Source: Hypanus sabinus
Lineage: Eukaryota
Reading direction: 5' to 3'
Assembly: GCF_030144855.1 (NCBI RefSeq)
Contig: NC_082723.1
Location: 37,138,001 to 37,202,000, forward strand
Length of the DNA: 64,000 nt
Shown here: positions 45,301 to 57,300 of the stretch, one piece after another
Layout of the letters: each line of letters starts with the position of its first letter
Position numbering within the stretch: position 1 is the first letter of the stretch
Made by a program: the position numbers and the translations under genes
The notes under the pieces: model-generated
Databases searched by the model: none
Told to the model about the DNA's origin: nothing
The model's input: the letters and a program-made list of their open reading frames with translations, nothing else

Positions 45301-48300
45301 CTTCCTCATGGATTCGGACATGCTGCCTGCCAGCAGCGTAGCGTTGTACACTTCCAGCAGGTCGGGGCCCATCCTGTTCCACAGAGCCGAATACAACTTG
45401 ACCGGTGAGCCGTCACTTCCGGGAGTCCTACCCGACTCAAAGGAACGGACGAAGCCAGTCAGCTCGTCCAGGGTCAGCGGCTGCTCCAGACTCTCACGTC
45501 GCTTCTGGGAGTCCTACCCGACTCAAAGGAACGGACGGAGCCAGTCAGCCCGTCCAGGGTCAGCGGCTGCTCCAGACTCTCCCACTTGCCATCGTCTAAG
45601 ACCTGCGAGATAGACAACAGGAAGTTGCGGGAGACTGTGTAGACTGTGGCCTTTTCTCCGTACAGACTGGCATAGAAGGACCTGCAGATCCTCAGTATGT
45701 CTGTCTGCGAAGATGCGACTGAGCCGTCCTCTTCCTTAAGGTTGTGGATCACAGAGCTCCCCCTGTGCACCTTTTGGAAGAAGAATCGTGAACACGTCTC
45801 GTCCTGCTCCACGGTTTGGACCCTCGATCGGAAGATGATCTTGGAGGACTCGGCAGCAAAGTGCTGGGCCTGCCGGGCCTTCACCTCCCGAAGTTCCTCC
45901 CTGACATCCATCCCCTCGACTGCAGAAGGAGGAGTTGCTGCAACTCTGTCTGGAGTTTATGCAGTTCCCTCTGCCCCTGCCTTGCTCCCTGGATACCCTT
46001 GCGGATGAAGAACCTCTTGATGTTCTCCTTGGTGGCTTCCCACCAGTGAACTGGGGAATCAAAGAAGGCTTTCAAGTTTCTCCAACCCATGTACTCCTTC
46101 TCTAGTTCCTCAATGTTCTCTGGGGTCAGCAGCTTGACGTTCAGCTTCCACGTCCCCCTCCCTGCCTTCCGGTCCTCCTGCAGGTGGCTCGCAGGAGGCA
46201 GTGGTCAGAGAGGAACACTGGCGTGACGTCGGTGGTTCTGACCGTGAGGGGCTCTGACAGGACGAGGAAGTCGATCCGGGAATGGGCTGAGCCGTCCCAT
46301 CGTGTCCAGGTGGCTTGCGGCTGAGATCCACCTGTGGGGTCGCCAAAGGCGTTGCGCAGCTTGGCTGTCTTCACCGTATCCGTCAGGAGTCTGGAGGTAC
46401 TCTCCAGCCTGCCGTCGGCGCTGCCGGATTGTCCAGCCGCACCAATGGTGCAGTTGAAGTCTCCGGCCGGGACGTCACCAGCAGTGGTGGGAGCTGCTCG
46501 AGGGCGGCCCGCCGCTCGCTCTGCACGGGGGAGGTGTACACGTTGATCAGCCGGAGCAGAGTGCCCTGGTATTTGATGTCTGCTACCAGGAGGCACCCGA
46601 CAACCACCTCTTTGGTTTGGGTGATTGCGAAGTTGCCTCCCTGTAGCAGAGTTCCCAGGTCGGAAGCGCGATAGTTGTTACCCCCTGACCACACCAACAA
46701 ACCCCGGGTCCACCAACGTGACCGCCTCCGTTAGTTGCCGAGGTGTGGCAGTCCACACTCCTGGAGGAAGGTCACGTCGGCCTTTACGGAGTCCAAGTAC
46801 TGGAGCGTGCTGACGCATCGCCCGGTACTCTTCAGACTGCACACATTGACAGATGCCAGTGAAATATCCGCCATTAAAGTTCTTTATTTTAACAGCACAC
46901 TGTCCTTACCTTCGCAGTCCTGAGCCTTTATGCCCACGGCCTCTGCGAAGTCCTTCACCTTCTGTGGGCTCAGGAACTGCAGGTTATTCTCCCCTGTGTG
47001 TGGCAGTTCCTGTTCTGTGCCTGGGGGCTTGGTGTCTCCCAGGTCTGCTGCCTCTTCAGGCTGCGAGGCACCATACACCATCCCGGGTTCCCGGAGCCGG
47101 GGGTCTCTGGTGGTCTCCGCCTCCCGTGCTCGTGCTTGGGGGGTGGCCAGCAGGCTTTCCTCACTCCCTCTCCTCCCCTCCGCCGGCTCTGTCCGCCGCT
47201 GCTGGCCTCCCCCAACTCCTTCCTCGTCTGAAGTGGGCAGGTTGCTGGGATCTGCTTGGTCCCCTGCCCTTCTCTTCACACCTTCCCTTCTTTCTGCCCT
47301 CTGTCGTTTTGCCGGAGCTTTTTGGGCCTTCTTTCTTTTGCCCGCAACGCTCCAGCCTTCCTCCCCCTCGGCTCTCCCCTCCTCCATGGACGACTCCTCC
47401 TTTTCCTGTGGCAGGTCTTGGAGGGTCTGCAAGGGGGTGGGGGCCCTCGGGGTGGCTGTGCCTTCTCCTCTGCTGGTGTCTTCCGTTGCTTCGGGCGCAG
47501 CCTCTGCAGGGGTGGCAGGTACATCCGATCCTGCCGGGGCCCTTCCAGTGCCAGCACCTCCCCTGGTCGCCTGTGCATAGGTGCCGGCACGTTTCGGACA
47601 GGCCCTGTACAGGTGGTCGGTGCTTCCACAGAGATTGCAGGACTTGGCCTGCATGCAGTCCTTGGTGAGGTGGCCCTCCACCTTGCAGTTCTTGCAGATT
47701 GTAGCTCTGCACTGGGCTGCGACCTGCCCCGCCTTGCCGCAGTTGCGGCACAGCCTGGGCTGCCCGGCGTAGACCAGGTAGCCTCGGTTCCCTCCTATGG
47801 CGAAGACCGAGGGTGGGTAGAGACATTGCCGTTCGAGTCGACCCTCAGATTCACCTTCACCTGCCGTTTACTTGTCCAGCATCCCAGGCTGTCCTTTACG
47901 TCCAGGCAGGCTCCTACACTCTCCACATACCGAGCGAGGAATGTAAGGACATCGACCACCGGCACGTAGGGGTTGAACATGTGCACGGTGGCAGTCCATT
48001 CCTGCTGGGCGGCAGCAAAGAGGGGCTGTGCTTGTAGCTGCGACAGCGGCGCCTCTCTCCCCTTCTCCTGGAATTGCAGGAACAGCTTCTGCCACCCTGC
48101 GGGTCGTCGGAAGGTGACATCGAAGAACCCAGCAAAGTCCTGGACACAGTAGATGTCGTCGATCGTGAAACTGCAACAGTTCATCAGGACCTTCTGGATG
48201 AAGGTCACTCTCGAAAATCCGTTGCCCTTGCTCTGGCGTCGCACTGTCAGCCGGACAGTGTCCTTGATGCCCAGGCCCCGGGCCGATGCGCTGTTGTCTT

Positions 48301-51300
48301 GAGCCATCCTGTTCACCGCTGTCGTTGTCGTCGCTGGTATGAGATGTGAGATTGGGAGCCAATCAGCATTAGGATCCACCCCTGCATCAGCACAAAACCT
48401 TCTCCACCTTCCGATAAGAATAGAAACTACACGTAATCTAAGCCAAAAAGCTGAGAAGCGATCTGATAAGAACAGATACTACACTTGATCTTAGCCAAAA
48501 GGCAGCAGAGAGACACGTCAAAACCTCCCTGTACATGGACGACGGCAACGTCTTCTGCTCTGATCCGAGGTCAGTTCGCAGGCTGATCAGCATCTGTGAA
48601 CAGTTCGAGCAGGCGTCGGGGGCCAGGGTCAACCGCACAAAGAGCGAAGCCATGTTCTTTGGCAACTGGCCCGACTGATCCAGCGTCCCTTTCACCATCA
48701 GGGCTGATCACCTGAAGGTGTTGGGGATCTGGTTCGGAGGGGCCGAGGCGTGCAACAAGAACTGGCAGGAGCGAGATGGACACAGTGGGGTGATTCCCTG
48801 AGCAGACTGTCCAGTTCATCTGGCAAAATGCCTCATCGCCTGACCTCACCAACAGGCACCAAGACCTTACCTGGCTGGCGGTGAGAGGGGCCCTCCCAGT
48901 CCGATCCCTCCTGTACACCCGGAACGTCGCCTCTACACCCCTCTGCCCACGGGAGGACTGCAGAGAGGAGGAGTTGGTGACCCACCTCTTTGCACACTGT
49001 GGGTTCGCGGAGAAGGTGTGGAGGAGGATGGAAGGGGCTGTGTCGAGATTCATCCCCAGCAGTTGCGTAACAGAGGACTCTCTGATCTATGGGCTGTTCC
49101 CGGGGATGCACACCGAGACCAACAAGCAGAAGGGGGAGAGGGAAGACCTTAGAAATTGGAGGCCCATCTCACTCCTGAATGTGGACTACAAGATCCTGTC
49201 CAAGGCAATCGCCAACAGGGTCAAGTCTGCACTGGAGCAGGTGATCCATCTGGACCAAATCTGTGCCATACCGGGCAGGAAGATCTCAGACAGCCTCACG
49301 CTGCAGAGGGACAGAATTGCCTATGTGCAGGACAGGGAGGTGGACGCCTGCCTGGTCAGCTTGCACCAGGAGAAAGCCTTCGACAGGATATCGAACAAGT
49401 ACATGGCAGATGTACTCTCCAAAATGGGATTCGGGGAGGGAATCCGGAATTGAATCAAACTGCTCTACAACAGAATCTGTAGCGCAGTCCAGGTCAACGG
49501 GTGAGAAACAGACAGCTTCCCCATCAGGTCTGGAGTCAGGCAGGGTTGCCCTCTCTCCCATCTTGTTCGTGTGCTGCGTAGAACCCTTTGCCAAAGCCAT
49601 CAGGAGGGATGGGGGCATAGGAGGGGTGACGCTATCAGGCAGTGGAGGGACCCAAGTCAAAACCTCCCTGTACATGGACGACGTCACCATCTTCTGCTCT
49701 GATCCGAAGTCAGTTCGCAGGCTGATCAGCATCTGTAAACAGTTCGAGCAGGCATTGGGGGCCAGGGTCAACCGCGTGAAGAGCGAAGCCGTGCTCTTCA
49801 GCAACTGGTCCGACTGATCCAGTGTCCCCTTCACCATCAGGGCTGATCACCTGAAGGTGTTGGGGATCTGGTTTGGAGGGGCTGAGGCATGCAACAAGAA
49901 CTGGCAGGAATGGACTGCCAAGGTCAAACAGAAACTGGGGCTGTGGGGAGGGCGCTCCCTATCGATAGTGGGAAAGAACCTGGTCATCAAGTGTGAGGTG
50001 CTCTCAGGGCTGCTGTACTTGGCGCAGGTGTGGCCAGTCCCCCGCTCCTTCAGCTCGGAAATCACCCGAGCAGTCTTCAGATTTGTCTGGGGGATCCAAG
50101 ATGGAGCGGGTCAGATGGACCACCATGCACAAGCCCCTGAACAATGGGGGCAAAAACGTCCCCAATGTCACCCTTGCCCTGATGGCCAGCTTTGTGTGTG
50201 GCTGCATTAGGTTGTGTGTGGATCCCAGGTACATGGGCACCAAGTACCATTATGGGCCCAGGTTCTACCTGTCGCCCTGGCTACGAAGGATGGGTCTGGC
50301 CCCTTTCCCGCGCAACACCCCTGTCAGCTGGTTGTTGCAGCCATACCTGTCCTTCGTAGAGAAGTTCTTTCAGGTCGACGCCTTTGACCCACAGGGCCAT
50401 CAGGCAGTGGCCAGCACATAAGGTCCTGCAGGCACTGCAGAAGAAGGACGTGATGGACATGGTGGGGTAGTTCCCTGAGCAGACAGTCCAGTTCATCTGG
50501 AAAAATGCCTCATCGCCAGACCTCACCAACAGGCACCAAGACCTCGCCTGGCTGGCGGTGAGAAGGGCCCTCCCAGTCCAATCTCTCCTGTACGCCCAGA
50601 ACGTCGTCTCCACACCCCTCTGCCCACGGGAGGACTGCAGTGAGGAGGAGTCGGTGACCCACCTCTTCGCACACTGTGAGTTCACGGAGAAGGTGTGGAG
50701 GAGGATGGAAGGGGCAGTGTTGAGGTTCATCCCCAGCAGCTGCGTAACAGAGGACTCTTTGATCTACGAGCTGTTCTCAGGGACGCACACCGAAACCAAT
50801 ATCCGGTGCTGCTGGCAGATCATCAACTCGGTCAAAGATGCTCTTTGGTTGACCCGAAATTTGATGGTCCACCAGCACGCGGAGATGTCCGTGGGGGAAT
50901 ACTGCCAGCTGGTACATTCTCAGCTGCAGGTGTACGTGCTGAGGGGCGCACTCAAATTTGGTGCAGCCACCGCAAGGGCCCGGTGGGGAAGGACCACAGT
51001 CTAGGGTTCTTCTCCCGTGGGAGTTGAGGGGTAGAGGGGTTGGGGGTATACCCCAGTGAATGTAAATATGAAAGAACAGAGTGCCATGTGGGTGGCAAAA
51101 TTTTGAATTTTGAAAATGTTAAAACAGTAATGGTAATAACTGTAAAGAATTGAAAGTCATTGAATGGTTGTTGTATATAATTTTATTTTTGAATACAGTT
51201 TTTTTTAATTAAAAAATCAGTTTTTTGAATAAAGAATATTTTGTTTTTAAAAAAAAAATCAGTTTCCTGCTGTAACGTGAGTTGACTGGATCTGTAGCCA

Positions 51301-54300
51301 GTGCAATAGCTTAATCAGTTTTTTAGAATTTAATACGACTTCCCTGATTTTGTATCCAAAGCTTCAATCAATAAAAACAAATAATACATGTTGTTTTCAT
51401 CACCTTATCTATCTTTCCTGTTTCAGAGAACTGAGTTTAAACCTCTGAACTTCAAGATGCCTCTTTTCTACACTTTTCTGTCTCCTGTCATTATATTTTG
51501 GTGGTGTTCTCTTTGCAAGTTTTCTGCCCACTGTATCAATGTATTGATAGCTTCTTACAGTCTATAACTTTTGTTTTCCTCAGCATAAACCCAGGCCAGT
51601 TTTGAGAGAGCAAAAAAAAGATGTGGGTTGGGAATACGGTTCAAAAATAGGGAAATATCTATTTCCAGATTAAATGTACCATGTCTTCTGTTCCTATATT
51701 CTTTATCCACACATGCTAATCTGTTGTCATTTAAGGCTTTGCCCATGACTAGCTGGCACCTAGTCTCATTTGCCATTCAGCCCCTGTGCTTAATGACCAA
51801 TGCTGGGAGGAGATGTTACAATTTTTTACTTCCAAATCCTCCATATCTCTCCCATGGACTTACAATATTCTGGCCTCTTAATTATTTCTGTATTTAAGTG
51901 AACCATTTTCATCTGATGTACTTGTAGCTGCCAAGGTCTAAAAGCTGTGGTTTCATCCCTGCACAGCTCTGCCTCTGCCTTTCTGCATCACTCCCTAAAA
52001 ACCCCTTTTGTGTTTTAGTAGCAAAATTTCATTTGAAAATGGCTTGTTAACTATCATTGGTGCTATATGTAATGATCTCTTGAAATATCCAATTCATGGG
52101 TGCTATTCCATTGTTTTAAAATGAAATAATAACTTTGTCTTTACTCAATATCACATGAAGATTTTATGCTACAACAATTAAAATTGATAACAAATTTCAT
52201 GGCATATGCAGGTGATATTAAATTCTGATTCTTTAATAATGAAAATCGCTATCTGTTAATTTCATCTTTTAGAATTATGCTTCTCAGCTGCTAGTGAGCC
52301 AAGGGTTAGATCTAACCCAAGGAGCTGACTTCTTGAATCCCAACATGCAGCAAAAGCTTGAAGGAGTAAAAAGTTGGATTCGGCGTGAAATACAAAAGGA
52401 ACTTAAAATCAAAGAAGGTACAGAGAACTTGCGCAAGGTGACGACAGATAAAAAAAATCTGGCATGTATAGAAAACATTCTGAAGATCTCAAATCAAAAA
52501 CTGGAATCCCTGCATTGGGAGCTTCAGGAACTGAATGCACGAATCGTCATGGAGAGGGACAATCTGAGAGGTGAGACAACCCTTTCTCTAAACCTCAACA
52601 GCAGAAACATCATTGCTCGAACTGGTGGTTAAATTTCAATTTAGATTTGTACTGTATTCCTCTTAACCAGTCATACAGTTAGCCACATGTTTTTATATAG
52701 GCTGTGATATTGATATTGATCTTGACTCTTGCTTGGTGGCTGAGTGTAGCCCTCTCTGTAGTATAATACACAGCTATAGTACGTTGTGGGATCTTCCCTG
52801 AGTAAATGGCAGGATTGCAGCACTTGGCTACCTACAAGTACAAGTGTACAGCACAAAAATCCAAAAGTAGTGAAACTTTTAATAACATATTCTAGGACGT
52901 CTGGGATTCTGCTTAGCTGACATCTTTGTTTTCTTGCTGTGCTGTGAAATTGTTTTATTGATCGGTGTTGTCATTTATGCTTCACTCAAGCCTCCACTTG
53001 CATTTCTTCATATAACTTCAGCTGTGTTTCCTCTTTGATGAGCATCCTTTTTAACCCCCCCCCCCCCACCAACCCCCAGCCTCTCATTCTGTCATGTATC
53101 CACTCCACTCTTACTTCCTTGATTCTGAACAGTTAGAGTACTATACCTGACTGCTGCCATCCATAGGCAGATGCAGGGGCAAGCTTTGTGTTTCGGATTT
53201 CTCCATACTGCATATTGCAAAAAGCAGGTCTCATTCATATAGGTAGGGAAAGATATAGGGGATGTTTAAGATTTGTTTTCTCTCTAAAATTGAAGGGCTT
53301 TCCAAAAGAAAATGTTGTGTGCATAGGTATAGCCTTTTCTCTAGTGTTCACAGTATTTATGTGTTTTGCAGACTATCTTGGGAGAGGACTTTTTTTTTAA
53401 AACTGAAATTGGAGAGATTTTTGGGAAATTTTTTACCTTAAGCCTTCTTTCATAATGTAATCAGAATGGGAAGTGCACACTTCATGTACCAAAAAAGCAG
53501 TGGTGCATGTCTGAACTAGCAAGATCTTGCTTGATTCAACACAGAGCATACGGGCATTCTGATAATTGAGATAATGTTAGTATGAAGGTGGCCGGATATG
53601 TTGTAATAACTGAGCAATTCATTGCTAGGTTGACTTTCTATAATATTTTCTTGTATGCCATCAAAGTGATTTATGACATGTATTATAAGTCTAGTACAAT
53701 TGCAACAATGCAGTTTTAGAACTAAATTAACGAAGGAGTTCATAAAAATACTCTTGGACCTATGATGCTGCATATCTGATATTTCAATTTTAGTTTTCAC
53801 TGTGTGCATTATAGTTCGGTTATTGTGATTTGATAGTCCATCTCTGTAAGGCTGGCAATATAATATACCTTCAAATTTCACACACTCTTTGAAGTATAAC
53901 TGAAACACTTAACACAATTTATGCGTTAAGAGGTGATAAGAAGATTCATTGAGACTTCATAAGATAGTCCTAGTCCTGCTGAAGGGTTTCAGCCTGAAAC
54001 GTCAACTGTACTCTTTTGCACAGATGCTGCCTGGTCTGCTGGGTTCCTCCAGCATGTTCTGTGTGTTGCTTGGGTTTCCAGCATTTGCAGATTTTCCCTT
54101 GTTCATAAGATAATAGTTTTCAGCTGGGCGAAGAAAAGTTCTTGCATTGCTTTTTGCCTCAAAAGTTTCTAAAAATTCTTTTTGCACAATTGGTACCGTG
54201 AAGTCCAGTGAGTTGAAATAAACAACATCTATGGTATTGTTCAGGATTCCGGAAAAAGCTCTCTGTACTTTTATTAAAGATGCAGTGGGATCTTTATCAA

Positions 54301-57300
54301 GGTTTGAACTACTACAAGAGGCAAGCAGATTGGATGATTTAATGTCTTTTTGAAAGTCAAAGTTTAACAATATAATATTGCATAAAACTTTATAATTTTA
54401 AAATGAAATGTAATGTTAAGTTCTTTTGGATGAGAGATTTAAAAAAAACTCTTTGGCTGCTTTTCATCTGTCTGATAGTCTGTGTTTATGGTGAATAAAC
54501 AGAAAGTATCCAAGACTAACATTTAATTACCACAGATGGTGAATTATCTCCAGACTCCTGCTGCTGGGAGCAGTGTCTAACTCCATTGGGCAGTCGAATT
54601 GCAGCTCTAAAGAGACAGCTAAATATTGAAATGAAGGTGAAACAGGGAGCTGAAAACATGATCCAAATGTACTCAAATGGACTATCAAAGGTAAGCTCTC
54701 TGCTCTTGAACTCATCTGGTTGGGACATCTGAAGAAGTCTGAACTTAGAAAGGTACCTTGCACCATTAGTTTTCATACTTTTGAGGAGACTTTAGCAGCA
54801 GGGTGGATCAGGCAACCTGCTTGTCAATGGATGTAATTTAATATAAGACTGCAAGTGCTTATTTTAAGTTGCAGCCTTGAACGTGTTAAGATGCAAAAAA
54901 TAGAAAAACTTGGTATTAAGTGATGAGGTTAGCAAGGATTTCCTTGATTGCCAAATTGGAGAGGGTTAAGTTTGAAGCTAATATTCCACACTTTTGAAAC
55001 TTCAAAAGAATCAGAATGATAATTTTAATGTTGCAAGATGTATATCTGGCTCTCGGTAAACGTGAATATTAAGTGATAGTTGCTTTGTTATTGGCTTGGT
55101 TTGTCAGCTTAGTCAGTCCAGCAGTAATTTTTGCTTCATCACCTGGTGTTAGTGATGCATGTCTCAGTGATTTAGCAGCTATATGCTTTAAGACAGTCAT
55201 GACAAAACATTTCTGACTAGATTATTGATCGCTCTGAGATTTTGTGATTGCTTTTCTTATTCCTCTTTCTGAGGATGGGAGAAGATGTCTGCTGCACAGT
55301 GGCTAAGGATTTATACATGCAACCCCCACTTTCCTTGTTATGCGCATTCACTAGAAGCTGCTTTATTGTTTCTACTTAAATACAGCTGCAAGAAGCAAAA
55401 TTCATTTAAATATCTATGTGAAGTCTGGTATTTGAATGTTAATTGCTTCCTCTCAGCATGATATACTTAAAAACAATTGTTCTGTGATTGTTGCCAGGAT
55501 CGTAAGATGTTAACAGCAGCACAGCAGATGTTGCAGGACAGTAAAATAAAGATTGATATAATCAGAATGCAGATCGTCAAAGTAACTCGCACTATTGGAA
55601 CACCCATTGATGCCAATGAAACTCTAGGTAGGCAGTGAAATTGGAAATGCATGTTAGAAAATTTAACTATTTTATGGAACTTGAGACTTTATTTGTCAAT
55701 GTTGTGGGAGTGGGAACTGTTCCAGTTTGGATTTGCGCCTTGTGGCTGAGAAACACTAATTCGGTTGATGAACACTTGGCTTGAAGAGCTTTGAAACTCC
55801 TGGTTCAGAGTAGTAATCAGTGCTCCTATGCCCAGTTGTAATAATTCTTCATGGTGTGATCAGTAATTTATTGTCCCTTCATGAAATAAAGGAGACTATC
55901 AAATCAGCTTTAATGTTTAATTTTACTACTATAGTAAAAGAAAATTACTATAGTGGTGCTTAGGTTATAGTTAGAATTTGGAGCACTAGCATTTTATGCC
56001 TCTTATGCCATGAGCAAATTGCACATATTGTAAATTTTCAGGTTCCTCCTTGTGTGAGGATGCTACTCATCAAGAATAATTTTGGTTTAACTAATTTTTA
56101 ATGTGATGATTACATTATAACATTAGTACAAAGTGGAGTTCCATTGTCTTCACATTTCCACCTGTGTCAAACATGATCAGTTATCACCAATTATCAACTG
56201 TCTCTGTGTCTCTCCCTGTGTGTGTGTGTGTGTGTGTGTGTACTCCCCCCCTCTCCCCCCCCCCCCCCCCGTTAGTGGGGTTTGATATGCGAGTCCTGGA
56301 GTGGCTGTGCAGGCCAATCCCTGACAGGCACTGCAGGTGAGGCCTGGGGGGCAGCAGTGGCAGAAGCTCTGTTGTGGCATGAGCTTGTTCTCAGCAACAT
56401 CCACATCTTTTCTGATCTTGAGCCAGATCCTCCACTGTTGATGGGGCAATGTCAGCTTTCTTGAGGCTTCTATGCAGGACATCCTTGTACTGTAGTCACT
56501 GGCTTCTTCGCTTTCGGGTACCACAGGACAGTTGACTATACAAAATGGAGTCAAGTATGTACTCTGATAATAAATTTTACTTTGAACTTGGAACAGTTGT
56601 ACTTATCTTAAATGTATGGTTGCTTGACTTGTATGGGGACAGGTTTTTGGGATTCAGAGCCATTGTCTCTGGCTCAATCTGTTCCCAACAGCTTCATGGA
56701 ACTGCCTTCATCAGAAAGACTGGTGGAGTTCAAGGCAGCAGATCACCACCACTTACTAAAAGGCATAAGTGATGGATCATAAAATGCTGCCATTTCAAAG
56801 GACGTCAAGATCCCAAAATATTTTAAATCATTAAAAAAAATGGTTTTGCTGTAGGTCACCATATTAAATAAATAGAGCAGTTGGTTGGAATGAGCTGCTT
56901 GTTAACATTTGATCTTATTATCTTCTTGTTCTGTGTTCCAACCAAGGACACATCAGTTCTCTAGAGCTAAGAGTTGAAGAACTGAGACATCACCTTCGAG
57001 TTGAGTCTGCAATAGCAGAAGGTGCAAAAAATGCAGTGAAGTTGCTAGATGGAAAGAAGGACCAGGAGAAGAGAGTTCTGGTTGAGGTATGTTATTCTTA
57101 AACAGTTGCACCATTTGAGCTGAATGAATGAGCAAGTGTACAGGAAATCAATATTTTTTGTGGGAAAATATGATTTTAGTTTTCATCTGAACAAAGAAAT
57201 GAAATACAAGTAGAAAGCAATGGGACACAAGTTCTGCAGATGCTGGAAATGTTGAGCAACACACTCAAAATGCTGAAGGATCACAGCAAGTCAGACAGCA

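Noticed and set aside
46884-48379. Host ZCCHC3-like zinc-knuckle gene
   Set aside because: Frameshifted and directly followed by APE/RT ORF2, so it is ORF1 of the Tx1 element.
48411-48503. Functional U2 snRNA gene
   Set aside because: Only the first 52 nt are present, with no Sm site, 3' stem-loops or upstream promoter, and the fragments are embedded in a retroelement.
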